Shown one piece after another: positions 36,901 to 49,690 of a stretch of DNA of 64,000 nucleotides. A program made the translations under genes and the position numbers. The notes under the pieces were generated by a model that was not told the origin of the DNA, made no database searches, and was given only the letters and a program-made list of their open reading frames with translations. The stretch is from Amoebophrya sp. A120 (Eukaryota; Protista; Dinoflagellata). Location of the stretch: NCBI GenBank assembly GCA_905178155.1, contig CAJINV010000004.1:6178828-6242827 (forward strand), in the 5' to 3' direction. Within the stretch, counting starts at the first letter, position 1, and the number at the start of each line of letters is the position of its first letter.

Positions 36901-39900
36901 CGGACCCGGTCGCGCAGCTGGCGCCCGCGCTCGCGCCGCAGAATCAGCGGGACGCGCTCCTTCTCCACGGCTTTGCGGATCTCCGCGACTTCTCTTAACA
37001 GTTCGGATTCGTATTCCTTGAATTTCTTCGACCAAAATTCCTGTTTCGGCATCCCTAAAGTGTCCAATAATGGCTTCGGGGGCCCGACCAACGGGAAAAA
37101 CGGCTTTTTCCGCGTCAAGTCTGTATGCATTGCAAAAGTATCGTATTCGTATAATTGCATTACAAATTCCTTCAGCATGAGAAATAAGGATTGTAATGCG
37201 GATTTAGCTTGAGAACAAGATTTGTAATGCATGTTTGCAATTACTACGAGTACGATACTTTTGCACAGGATAGTCTATCTTCTCCCGCAACAGCGGTAGA
37301 TGCCGCGGGTTGGATTTTTCTAAAATATTCGTGTGGTGGACTATTTCCCCCACCTGAAACTGCTTCTTGTCCGCGAGTCCGAGCACGAGGCACTTTTTAC
37401 TCGTTACTGAAATCAATTTCCCCTTCCAGCGCATCATCCCCTTTGGCACCGCGTCTTCTTCGTGCCTATCAAATGTAAAAATGTCTGGGTCTGGAAGATT
37501 GCAACTTGGCATGCTAAATCTGAAGCATGGAAAAATCTGTGTTGCATGATCGCCAAAAGTCGTCCAGTTTTGACCAAGTCGGGAGGGAGTTTCTCATGCA
37601 GGATACGCATGAGAGAGATCGCACAGAATCTGTCATGCTGGGTCCTGCATTACAGACCTCATGGGTCATAGAAAAGCTGCATGACAAGTCTCGCAATCTT
37701 CCAGACCCAGACATTTTTACATTTGATAGTGCCCCTCGGGAATCAATTTCGGCAAATTCTGGTCGAGTTTCTCCAACCCTTTCTCAAAATTCCGCATGTC
37801 GGTGCGCTTCCGCTGCAGTTGTTTCCCGGATTGCAAAGCCCCGTCGAAGATGAACTCCTTCCGATGTCTGTCCTGCTCGGCGGAGTGCAACGTCGGGAAC
37901 ATTTGCCCCGCGATCACCGCCGACGCGTCTTCCCCCTTGCCCTTCGCAATCGCCACGGTGGCGTGCTGGTCGTACCGATTGAACTTCATCCGGTCTTTAT
38001 CCAAGAAAAAAACTGTGTTAGTGTAAGTCTCTTGGGAAAACAGCATCACAAGTTTGTCTGCCATGACAGGAAAAACTTGTTATGCGCAGATAGGAAGGGA
38101 AAACACATAGGAAGCGCGCCGATCATGCATGTCGAGCATGACAAGTGTAACTGTTTTGCATTTTCTGCATCACAGATTTACGCTTACACAGTTTTTTTCT
38201 TGCATAGTCTTCAAACAAAACCGCTTGCCCAGCGAGGACCGTGTCCGTTTCCGCGGACCATTCCTTATCCTTTTCCTCGCCGGAACTGTAATCCAAATCC
38301 CCGACCGCGTCCTCCTCCTCGCTCTCCGGCAGCGGTTCGCCCTGGATCAGGCCCAGCTCCAGCGCGCGTCTTGCGCGCCGACGCTCCCGGCGCCGTTCCC
38401 GCCGAACCTGGTCCTCTAGTTGCTTGTCCCGCAGCTTCTTGTCCGCCGCGCGCTCGGTATGACAGTGCACAACTCCCCCTCCCCCTCATTTGTGATGCAA
38501 AATACCCAACCCAGTCGCATTTAAATGGCACTGCTTGCATGACAAATTCCGGAAGCCCAAAAAGTACTAAGTTAGGCACATAAACTTGTCATGCATAGGC
38601 TCCACTTGTGGTCGTGTTTGTATTGCTCTTCATGCTATACAAATGAGGGGGAGGGGGAGTTGTGCACTGTCATACTCGGCGGACATGTGCTCCGGATCGC
38701 TGTCATCGTCCCCCCGACCGGCTTCTTCCGCTTTGTGGGAAGCTTGGACGAGCGATTGTAGCCTTGCCATCCCCACCACCAGCCACCGGATCTTCCGCCA
38801 CAGCACTTTGACGAGTTGTTTCATGTCCTCACGCTTTTTCCTTTCCTCCTCGGCCTCCTCCGCGTCGACGCTGTGGTCGCCCTCGATGTCGCTGTCGGTG
38901 TCCTCGTGCGCCTTCGGTCCGAACGCGTCCTTCATCCCCTGGACATAGCGTTGGTACTCCTGCAGGTTCTATCAAGTGCAAAAATGTCTGAGTGTGGAAA
39001 CTTGTGACGCAAGAAAGGGAAGAGTGAGCGCCGTGTAATACGCTGCCCAGCATGACAAGTTTTTCCGTGGTTCAGAGTTGCGTAATCCGCATGACAAACT
39101 GCGTTTTTGCATGACAGACAAGAAGAGCTCTTCGGGGGCATGCAATACAGAGTTCAGAGTCATGCCAGACTAGCATGAAAAATCTCGCAATCTCCCAGAC
39201 CCAGACATATTTGCAATCCATAGGTTCTCCTCCTTCCCGCCGACCGCCAAAAGCCGCTCCCGGGTGTGCGTCCGCAGCGCCCGCAGCGCCTTCGGCTTGG
39301 CCCGCCGCTCCGCGCGCAGCTGCTGTAGGATTTCGTTCACGCGTTCTTCCCTGCGCTGCAGTTCCTCCTCTTCCTGCTTGCGTCGCTCCTCCTTGCTGTC
39401 CACCTTTTCCGCCTATGCATTGCAAATAGGTCTGGGTCTGGAAACATGTAAACTTCTGATGCGCATTTGAGACCAGAAAAAAATCTGTCATGCATGGACC
39501 GCAAAAGCTGCTCATTTCTTGTCACCAAAAGAGGGAACTTGTCATGCGGATTAGGCATCGCCTAACCTGGTCAAAACATGCGTTGCTAGGACTTGCATGC
39601 TAGACCTTCTGTGTCATGCACAAACAGCATCACACTCTTCCAGACCCAGACATATTTGCATTTGATACCGCCAGCTGTTTGGCCATCTCCGCCGCCTTGG
39701 CAGCCAAGTACAGGTTGAATTTTTGGATGAACCGCTCCTCTTGCTCAACCACCGCCTGCGACCGCCCGTCCGGGTCCCCGTTGATCACGTTCGTGCCGTC
39801 GCCGGCAAGGCCGGAGCCCGGCCCGGTGATCGGGTTTCCATTTTCGTCCACGGGTACCTTCCTGCGCCGTACTTTCCGTTTCACCATGATGATTAACCCG

Positions 39901-41711
39901 GTGACCGGATCTAATTCCTCCACTTCAACCTCGACCTCTTCCCAGTTCGTATCCCCGGGCTCGAGAACCGTACCGTCTTCCAGCACGACGCGACCTTTGG
40001 TGCTTTTGCTCATCTCGGACTTCTTTTTCCGCTGTTTTCTATCATTCTGGATCTTTTCCCTTAACGCCCGCTCCTCCGCGAGCAGCCGCTGGAGCTCCGC
40101 TCTTTTCCGTGCCTGCTCCGCCTCCCACGCCTCGCGCCGCTTCCTCTGCGCCACAGCGGCTTCTTTCATGTACTTCTTCTGCGGGGCTTTTTCCGCGTCC
40201 TCCTCGATTTTATTCACCGAGTCACGTGGCTTCGCGCCTTTTGCAAGTAGCGCCTGCTTCTCGGATTCCAGCATCTTTTGCATCTCCGCATTTTTTGCAT
40301 CTTGTTCTTCCTTTTTTATTTCCTCGTCCGGGATCTTGTCCCCGCGCGGCTGCGGGACTGGTTCCTCCACCGGAACGATCGTGGCGTTCACTTCGTCTAA
40401 TTGGACCGGATCGGTATCTTGGTCCTCTGCAACAGCCGGTACAACGACTGTATTCTTCGCACTGGCAGTTGCATCTTCGATCTCCTCGATCTGGAGCTCC
40501 TGTTCAACTGCTGGTGGCGTACTACTAGCCGGCTGTATGGTCGTCACGCGCACCGCCGTCTCGATGATCTGCGTGGTGCCGTCCTCCAGCACCTGCACCG
40601 TCTGCTGCGACATGGTATCCTGCGTTGCGATAACGGCCTCCTCAGGTAGAGGTACAACCGGTGGAATCTCAATCACCTCTACCGGTTGCTGGGGTTCGAC
40701 ATCCTGTGGCGGTTGTTCCGGTACTGGTTCTTCTTTCGTTGCAGAAGCTGCACTTCCCTGCTCGCTGTGGTCTTTCGATTTCTTGTCCGGCGTCCCCGGT
40801 TTATTTTTTCTATCCCCCTTCTCCGGCGTACTTGGTTTCTTCTTCTTTGAATCTGGCTCTGGCGCGGATGCCCGCCGCTTCTTCTTCGGGTCCTCCTTTT
40901 TCTTTTTGTCCGAACCGGTCGTTGACCCCGCCTTGTCGGACTTCGCGGACTTGGACCCGCCGGCTTCGCTGCTGGCCCGACTCTTGACGTTAGTTCCCTC
41001 GCCCCCAGTAACGGAACTGGGCGCGCCGTCGATGGAAGACAAAGTGGTTTTCATCGCGTCTTCGTGGTCAGAAACTACTTTTTTCTTCGGGTCGTCGGGA
41101 TGGCCCTTCGCGATCAGACTGCGAATCAACTCCAGGTTGATCATGCCCAGCATTTTGGGAAGCTGTTCTTCCTCTTTCTTGGTACTGTCCTCTTGATCGC
41201 TGTGATTTTCACCATCGTCGTCCTTCTTCCCCTCCTCCTCCTCCTTCAGCGCAACTGATTCGGATTGCTCCTCTTCATTCTCATCCCCGACATTTTTCAA
41301 ATGCTTTTTCTTCTCCGCGTCGTGTCGCTTTTTCAAATCCACCCGGAGCTTCTTCAATAAATCCTTCTTCTGCGCCATCAATTTCGCCTGCTTCTTCTGC
41401 TTCATCACGCCGGTCAGGCCGAGCAGCCCCATGTTTTCCCTGTTGCGGAACTGCATCTCGTGGGTAATCTCCGGGTCCGGGTCCTGCCACCCGCCCTGGA
41501 TGTCGTAGAGCACCACGTCCTCGGGGTCATCGACATTGTAAAAATCCGCGATCAGCCTTTTCACCTCCTTCACCCGCACGTCCCGCTCACGCCGCAAGTC
41601 GAACTTCAGCAAGTCTCCATTCAACCGCGCGAGCACCAACCGGCAGTAAACGATGTCCCGGCCGCGGCGCGACAAACGCTCTGGGATTTTAACCTTGTCA
41701 CCGAGAACCAT
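33958..41711 (-). CDS. Large charged/coiled-coil hypothetical protein, 1946 aa, with 8 introners; possible N-terminal ubiquitin-like domain
   Basis: Removing 8 elements (+5 nt each) leaves 5841 nt, divisible by 3, with in-frame junctions; the Ubl guess rests only on the VRVKEVKRLIA pattern. Confidence 0.88.
35979..36228. mobile_element. Introner family A (250 bp)
   Basis: TSD CGTGT. Confidence 0.95.
36272..36550. mobile_element. Introner family E (279 bp)
   Basis: TSD TTTCC. Confidence 0.95.
37124..37272. mobile_element. Introner family B (149 bp)
   Basis: TSD GTCTG/GTCTA. Confidence 0.93.
37467..37728. mobile_element. Introner family A (262 bp)
   Basis: TSD GTGCC; orientation opposite to 84-345. 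Confidence 0.95.
37998..38206. mobile_element. Introner family G (209 bp)
   Basis: TIR TATSCAAGAAAAAAACTGTGT; TSD GTCTT. Confidence 0.93.
38458..38674. mobile_element. Introner family C (217 bp)
   Basis: Near-perfect TIR; TSD CTCGG. Confidence 0.95.
38970..39222. mobile_element. Introner family A (253 bp; close to 8273-8527)
   Basis: TSD GGTTC. Confidence 0.95.
39414..39667. mobile_element. Introner family A (254 bp)
   Basis: TSD CCGCC. Confidence 0.95.
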
Positions 41712-43209
41712 TTTGATTTTTGTTTTTCCTCGTCGGTGGTGGAGGCTACGAGCAGGTTGGAGATGATGGCTTTAATATTTGCAGGTCGTGGTCGTGGTTC
41801 TGTTGCGAACTATTTCTACTTCCCCCGGTTCGATAGTACGGCGCTACAGCTACAGGTAGCTGGGTTTAGAAAAGACAAGAGGTTCGAAGACTTTTATCGT
41901 GGTAGCTTGAGACGTGCATGTGCCATCTTGATGTTTTTCGTGGAGTACTGGGCGGTGGATACTGATATTGTACAATGCGAAATTCGGTATCGGTAGATAC
42001 CTCCTAACCTCCTACTCGTTCAAGAAATCCGTCCTAGCGCCGTTTGTAAAGATCAGCGTCCACATAGAGGTAGGGCGCAAGTGCGTAAGTAGTACCGGAA
42101 AGGTATCAGTCACTCGGCACGAAGATACTTATCTTCACCGACTTTGATTAAAAACTCAAGCGAAAGAGGGGGTACCCACAAAGATTTTGATATGCAACGG
42201 GAGAAAATGACACGAAAATCTCCCTGGAAAAACATTTGGTAAACATTTATGAAAACACAAAAAACACGAATCACCGTGGCGATGCCGATGACATGCGAAC
42301 GCACGAAAAAGAACGTGAAGATGTGACCCGCCGTCGGTGTTCCCCTAACAAAAAAACTGCGGACGGAGGATGCGGACGAAAAAAAGAACTTTGAGGAACG
42401 AAATGGACGAACGATTAGTTGTACGAATATGAGGAGGAGATCGTGATTTTTCAATAAGTACATACTACTGTTTCTTGTCTTTACGATGCTGAAGACGCAC
42501 ACATCTTTTGCTGCTTGAAACATCAATGTGTACGCACGACCATGGCAGTTGGGTGGAACGAAAGCCAAATGGCGCATTGATGTCGATGTGAAAGTAGAAC
42601 AAGAAGAACAGGAATTTTTACACACGGCGATCATGCGTAAGCCACAGGCAGTGGCAGATGAACGATGCGCAGTTTCTGTATTCATTGAATGGTTGGAGAT
42701 AATTTCGGAGCGTCATCAATTGGGAGTTATCACAACGCGCGAGGTCTTTCAGTGAGCGTTCTCTTTCCCGTCGTGGGTCTGAGCCCGCTTTGATGAGTCG
42801 CGAAGAGTTGCAGTGCCTGTACACGGTGTACGTGCTACATAGTGATGTCTGACGATAAAATAGAGCCTTCACTATGTGGTCGTACCACGGCTACCAGATG
42901 ATGATGATGATGAAACACGATCACAAATAAAGAATAGTAAACATCTGCAAGTTTTAGTACGTAAACGAAAACAGAAAACCGAACTTCAATGCAATTGCGA
43001 CACTGAACCTCAAAAGGAGACGCCGGCATAGTACCTGCTGGGGTGCGCTGCAAATTGATCGTTCATTGTTCAAAAATTCAACAGGCGTCTATTGATTGCC
43101 TGGAAACGTGGTCCTCGCCGTAAAAATTCAGTATCGACAAAATTTACTTACCGTAAATCGACGTAAAAGTAAGCTTTACAATGCGTAATCCACCACCCTT
43201 CTGCAACCC

Positions 43210-44444
43210 TCAATCCTTAAAAGGGACCGCCTCGGAGAGAACGCGGACGAATCTACTTCGCTCGCTACCAGATGCCCCCTGGGTCGTTCCTGCCCCGAGA
43301 CCATCTTCGGAGTTTTCACTTTCATCTTTGGAAAACTGGAGGTGGTTCAGGATGAAGGCCCAGAGAATTCCGGTCGTGCTCATGTAGGGCCAACGGTATT
43401 TCAACGGGATAAATTTGAAGTTGATCCACATCAGCGGAATCCACACGGCGCACGCGGCGGTGTTGTCCTGGACGAAGTTCTTTGTGTAATTTGCCCACGC
43501 ATTGTAAAGGACGGTGGTGACATTGCCATCTTTGTGGTCCTCTACTTCCTGCGCGGCGACCGCCTTGGGCTTGAGCGAGCTTTCTAACATCTCAGAAGCA
43601 GCAGCAGGGCTCGATGAGGATGATGACGTCCCGGCGGGCACGACCGTTGTTCCCCTACTTGAGGATGTACCCGTCGGTGTAGAAGGTTTTTCTGTGCTGC
43701 TGGGTAGAATGATTTCTTTCACCACGTAAAAGCAGGGGAAAAACAGCAACGGTGTCTGCACGACGCAATCGAAAATGCTCCCCGCTAGCGGATACACCTT
43801 GAAGAGCTGGGGCACGCGCGGGTAGATCACGTTGTAAACGCAATACCCCGGTCCTCCGGCGTACAAAGCGCCAAACAAACCGAAGGAAAACGACCTGCGG
43901 TAATCGACTACGGATGAAACCGCCCCGGGCTTGGCTACACTTGTGGTTCCGGCACTGGGATTTTTTTGGCTCGGAACCGCTGCTGTTGAAGCAGTGGCGC
44001 TGGTACTACTGCTGGAAGTTGTACTTCTAGACGCTGGTCTATCAAATGCAAATATGTCTGGGTCCGGATGAGTGCAGGAGTTTGTCATGCACATTTTGCA
44101 TGACCCATGACGCCCCTGGTGCATGCTCGAGCATCACAGATTTTTTGACGGCTTCTCTCGATGCCTATCCTGCATGAGAAATGCGTTCCTCGCGTAGCAA
44201 CGACTGGAGTGCTGGTCCTCTTGCTCTTTATGCAATACAAATTTCTTTCGAATCCAAAGGCAGCATCACAAGTTGCAACCTTCCAGACATCCAGGGATAT
44301 TTGCAATGCATATGGTGGTCCATATTGCTGCGCGATCGCGTCGCAGACCACGTACCGGGTGCCGTTGGTTAAAGCGGCCGTGGCGATGGGAAAAAAGTGC
44401 GCTCGAAAGGAAGACGACGCAGCACCAGCCGAAGATGATGCCAT
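43210..44444 (-). CDS. Mpv17/PMP22 family membrane protein, 318 aa
   Basis: CDAIAQ, DYRRSFSFGLFG, FDCVVQTP, AVWIPLMWINFKFIPLKYR; one introner; spliced length 957 nt. Confidence 0.9.
44040..44312. mobile_element. Introner family A (273 bp)
   Basis: TSD TGGTC/TGGTG. Confidence 0.93.
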
Positions 44445-45329
44445 GTTAACAAACCTAATTGGAAAGACAAAGAAATCAGGTGGGGGCTGCGCTTAGGTTA
44501 ATAAATACGATCGGTGGAGGTTCGTCGACTGGTGACTGAAATGGGACATGATCAAGGCAGTGCGGGTCGTGCTGGTAGTTAAAAAGAAATGTTGAAGCAG
44601 GAAGGTTAGTTGTCTGTAGGGTCAGAGGATGTATTTTACCAGTGGGGGTGGGACTGTGCTTATCCTAATTCGTTGATTTTTCTTTCCGTCGCGCAATGTA
44701 CAAAACGGGCTACAATAAGACTTTTTGATTCCGGTACAACAGCTAAAGTTGCGTTTCGGCTGTACATGACACCTCCTTACAACCCAACTCCTTTCATCAC
44801 GAAGTTTTACCCTCTCTGGAATACACGTCGATACCCCTCATGATGCACCACGAGGAACACACGCCTCGCAAACTCCTACAGCTGCGGGCTAGTCAATGGT
44901 GCAACGAAAAGAGTATTGCCTTTGCAAAGGACTAGAACGGCTCAAGCGACAATTTGATCATGTTACACTGTTGGAAGTTCATCTATGCCAGTCTACGATG
45001 TGATGGAGAATGCTGTGTAATGGTGTTCTGTACGCCGGCCCAAGATCTCTGCAAAAATATGTTTTACGAAAAGTAGAGATCTTCATACTATCCAGATACT
45101 GAACACGAAAAGAACAGCAAAACATCCATAGAAGACGAGGACACAATAGCGTCTCTTCATCTTATGATGGTTCCACCCGAAAACGACAAAATTGCAAAAG
45201 CTTCTCATGCGAATGCGTGTCGTGTTGTTGAAGGAAGATATGCTCGAAGGTAGAGCAGCGATCAACTTATGCAAAACAAAAAGTTCGCTGAGCCTGAGGT
45301 CGCCGTCGCGCCATGCACAATATCACGAC

Positions 45330-48300
45330 CTACTCAACCACTACTGGCCCTTCACCACTACCCTCCTCGGTGCCGCTATTCTCCTGGTTATCGTCTTTTG
45401 TCTCCAACTCACCTTGACCAGAAATGATGAGTTCCGCCTCCTTTTGGTATTGTTTCAGCTTTGCCCGCATGGTGTCGAACTGCGCGTGTTGTGCGTATGG
45501 GGTTCTCAAACGTTACATCCTCAACTGTTACATGATTTGTCATGCAAAATTGCCATAAGCCGCCACACGATCAAGGTGTTTCGCATGACAAATTCTCGAA
45601 GGGCGAAACAGCGCCTGAATCTGTTCCGCATTTGTAATGCAAAGCGCGCAATCTTCCCGCGCTCATTTTTGCTGTTCTTGCATCACAAATTCATGTAACA
45701 GTTGAGAATGTAACGTTTCAAAGCCCCATAGTGCGTGGAACTCGGTTTCGTAACCGACGTCCTTCAAGTAATCGACGGACGGATACCCTTTAGCTTCCGC
45801 GCTGTGCGTGGTGGTGTTCATGACGTAGCCGTTCTGAAAAGTCGCCATGATTTTGTAAAAGAGCTCCCAGTGCTGCTTCGTTAACTCGGTGATGCGGGAC
45901 TGCCAAGAGTTCGAGGAAAGAGTTCTTGCTGCTGTCTTCATGGTCTCCTTGGTTGATGTTCGTTCCGTAGTAGTAGCTCTCGTGGTCTGTGCCAAGGTTA
46001 CAAAGTCTTCGTCGGTCGTGTCAGTCGATTTCGATTTATTTCTCGTGTCGTGCCTTTTATGCCACGATACCGCGAAGTCCACCAGCTTTCCTTCCGTCTC
46101 CCGCTGGTACGCCGCGACGTAGCTGCGGATGTCGGAAAACCTGGGGTGAGCGTGAGTCGTGGGGTACAGTATTTACAGACTTCGGGAAGAAGACAGCACT
46201 TGCTCATCACGCCGTCTGGGGAAGCCGAGCCGTATTCTTTCGTAGTCAAAGTCAATGACATTTTGAGATGAAATTGAAGTTCCAAAACAGCTCACAGAAA
46301 TTATCAATACCTGAGGTCCATCCAATTCCCAATCGCGTTCGCGGCCCACCACAGACTGTTATGCTCCACGGCCCACCCGCTCCCCGACCGCAGCTCTATC
46401 GGCGCATAGTCGGTGCTGTTGTGCAGAAACAGTGGCACGAACACCGAGGCAGAGGCGCGCGCCGGGGCGTACCAGAGGGTCACCTTGTTCGACGCCGGCG
46501 GTGTAGACGAAGCACCAGCTCGTGTAGTTCTACCTTTATTTGAATCTGCTTCATCCGTCACTGCCGTGACCTCCGCGACGTGGGTCATGGTGGTGCGGTA
46601 GATGTCGATAGATCGTTCCCAGGCACCGTATTTGAACGTTGCCTCATTCGCACCCTCGGCGTACCGCATCGGGTTCCCATAGCCTCCGGCGGCCACGTTC
46701 TGGGTCAAGTCAAAGGGCGTGTTTTCGTAGTGGTCCCGGTAAAAGCCAAACACGTCCTCCCGCGTCAACGGCCGGGATACGGGCACGGAGAAGGGGTAGG
46801 TAGGCTTCTCGGTTTGGTAGCCCAGCATGGGGTCGAGCCCAAGCTCTGGGTTCGCGTGCGAAAGCATCCGCCACGCGCGTCGGGCGGAGGGAGTATCGTT
46901 ACGAAATGTTTGTCATGACATAGACATCAAGCAGCTAAAAATGAAAAAATGCACACCAGCGTCTTGGTAGAGGCATATAATTACCGTGGCTACTTCTTTC
47001 ATTGGTTCACTCTACTACTAGACAATCTTTGCAGCAAGAGCTACGATGTGTGTCTTGGTCAACAAAGATTTGTTCCTGTCGATACTAGTAGGGGTGCGCG
47101 TACTCACCGGCCGAGTAGATTTTCGTGAAATCGAACTTCTCACCGGAAGCAGGATCGTACCTAGGATTTTCATTTTTGACAAACCGCTTTAGTAATCTTG
47201 TTTCAACATCAGAAGAGCAACTTCGTCGATGTGGAACTACAAGTAAACCCCGACCCTGGTGCAGTTTCTGTTGTTCATTTTTCCCTTGTATTCATATGTC
47301 TCCAGAACGCGACGGAGAGGACTGAAGCGTTATTAACCACGTGGACTACATCTGCAACACTTACTAGAAAAATGAAATAGCCGGTCGTATGATTTATGAT
47401 ACCACCCGTGCTTCTGGGCTACGGAGACCAGGTTTTTCGAGAAGAGGAAGGTCTATCAAATGCAAATATCTCTGGGTCTGTAAACTTCTGATGCAAGTCA
47501 GGGAACACTGCGCACCCTGTAATTCACTGCCAAGCATGACAAGTTTTTCCGTGGTTCTGAATTGCGTATTCCGCATCAAAAACTTCGTTTTTACATGACA
47601 GGCAAGAGGAGTTTTTGTGGCCGCGCACGACAGAGCTCATAGTAATGCCAGATTAGCACGACAAGTCTCACAATCTTCCAGACCCAGACATATTTGCAAT
47701 GGTTAAGGTCTCGGTATCCTCCAGGTTCATTTCCCTTATGACAAACATGTTGGCCACCACGGCGAAGTGGTTGGGCTGCAGCTTTTGCGCGGCCCACACC
47801 GCCCCCTTGCCGGTATCGTCCGCCAGGATGTGGAAGACCCACGTTTCCCTCCCGTCCGTGATGGTGAGCGCCTCCCCGCTGTCATCCACCTCCAGTGTGG
47901 AAAAAAACCCGTACTTTTCCGCCAGGCGACCGCCGTGCAGCACCGCACATCTCGCCGTGGTGCACCGCTCCAGCATCAGACGGGAGATCTTATGCGTTGC
48001 AAAAGAAGTACCGTAGTAGTGGGAACTTCTGCATCAGAAATTTTATTTTCAGAAGGAACATGATCACCAAAATCTGTCATGGGGAATTAGGTACAAAAAC
48101 CAGAGCTGCCACGCTGTACTGCAACTAGTACGAGTACGATACTTTTGCGAAGGATAGATTTCTTGGATTGACAGCAACGCGTGGCCTTTTCCGCTGGGAT
48201 CGTTCTTCGGGAGTGCGTACAGCCGGGCCGAGCATGTGGCTTCCGCAATCCCCAGGTAGTCGCTCAATGACATCCGGTGAGGAAATGTAGTACCCAGTTC

Positions 48301-49492
48301 TGCTGACTTATTTTTGCCAGGCAAATAACCTGCCTCCCCGCCAGAATGTGTCTTGTCATGCGGCTCGACATAGAACCTGTCATGCATGAGTCTGAAAGCG
48401 TCTGAAGGTTTTTTGCACTATGGGCAGCAGCCCCTGGGTACTACGTTTTTTCACTTCGGGTAATCAACGCGTAGCTGCCGTCGTAGTATGGAAACGTGAA
48501 CTCGTGATCTGTGGTCACTCGAATTTTTGTTTCCCCGGTTTTACTTTGTGACGGCGCGACATCGAAAAAGTTCTCCTCGTCCGCTTCAAACTCTGGGATG
48601 AAGCCGAGCGGCTCCGTATGGGGTTCTCAAACGTTACATTCTCAACTGTTACAACATGAATCTGTAATGCAAGAATGGCAAAAGTGAAACGGGGGACCTT
48701 GCGCGTCTTACATGACAGATTTGGCACAGATTATCAGCCTGCTTGGGCCTCTGAGACTTTGTCACGCGAAGCAGCTTGATATGGTGCCGATTCTGAAGGT
48801 AATACTGCATGACAAATCGGGTAACAGTTGAGAATGTAACGTTTGAAAACGCCATACTCCGTGGGCCGGTCGTCGGGGTGGAAAGGGCCATACTCGGGCG
48901 AGATGGTTGTCGGCGCCACCAGGCGCGGCGTGCCCTCCAACGGGTAGAAAAGCGGGCGGCTTGGCTGCGCAGTGCGGTTTCGGGCCGGCACGAAAATGAC
49001 CCGGTAATCCTCGTCACCCTCGCCATCGGAGGTCTGCGAAACCAGCGCGCCAACGCCCTCCGCAGTGGCGTTTGGGCCCATCCCGAGGCACGTGCAGTGG
49101 TCGCGCGGACGGCGGGGCAGTTTGCTTCTTTGCTGGTGGTGGGCATCATGGCTTGTTTCCTGTTCAGCAGGAAGTGCACTAACCTGTAGGCCTGAGGGAC
49201 GTGGACCTGCCGGGGGTTTCCTCGAGCCTCCTGCGCCCATTTGTTTGTTTTCGCCGTGGACTGCAGACTTTTCCGCATCCTTGTCTATTCCCCCAGTTTG
49301 ATCTTTCTGTTGGGAGAGGACGACATTGAATTTCGTACTCGTTTTCGTCCCGCCGACGGCCGCCAGCAGCGGTTGGCGGCTCGGTTCGTGTGCCGCTGCG
49401 GACCGGATGAAAGCGAACAGCGACACCAGGACCAGCACCAGGTACGACGAGCCGGGAGTAAAGTTGTAAAGTTGGGGCTCCTGCACGGGCAT
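45330..49492 (-). CDS. Peptidase family C69 (secernin/dipeptidase-like Ntn hydrolase) with signal peptide, ~814 aa
   Basis: HCTCLGMG nucleophile region, SQTSDG, LGIAEATC, MLERCTTARCAV, GEALTITDGRETWVFHI, VWAAQK, VANMFVIR, YYSARRAWR, YRDHYENT, ERSI; 6 introners plus GT-AG introns 46141-46310 and 47161-47402; spliced length 2445 nt. Confidence 0.92.
45496..45730. mobile_element. Introner family H (235 bp)
   Basis: TSD GTGCG. Confidence 0.95.
46894..47084. mobile_element. Degenerate introner (191 bp)
   Basis: TATCG...CGATA ends with weak TIR and eroded TSD; removal +5 nt restores HPYYSARRAWR. Confidence 0.75.
47454..47705. mobile_element. Introner family A (252 bp)
   Basis: TSD AGGTC. Confidence 0.93.
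47991..48156. mobile_element. Introner family B (166 bp)
   Basis: TSD GATCT/GATTT. Confidence 0.9.
48271..48462. mobile_element. Degenerate introner (192 bp)
   Basis: TIR core GTGA..AAAYGTAGTACCCAG; flanks AATGA/ATCAA; removal restores YALMSDYLGIAE. Confidence 0.8.
48617..48856. mobile_element. Introner family H (240 bp)
   Basis: TSD CTCCG; orientation opposite to 45496-45730. Confidence 0.95.
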
Positions 49493-49690
49493 TGTCGAAG
49501 ATGCGATAGAAGTTACTCACACATCCAAGAACTTCTGCCGGAGAAAGTGGAAGTATTGGACCCCCTGTTGTAGCTTTCCGCCCTGGACAACGGTACCGTT
49601 TAGTGCACTTTGTACGTAGGTGGTCGTAAGTGGCCCGCGTGGTAAGTTCTTGCTTTTTTGTCCGCAACAGCACGCCAGGTCCTTTGGCTC

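Noticed and set aside
39616-41196. 526-aa plus-strand ORF
   Set aside because: Antisense shadow of the K/E-rich minus-strand exon
42110-43053. Short ORFs in intergenic DNA
   Set aside because: No recognisable homology; likely chance frames
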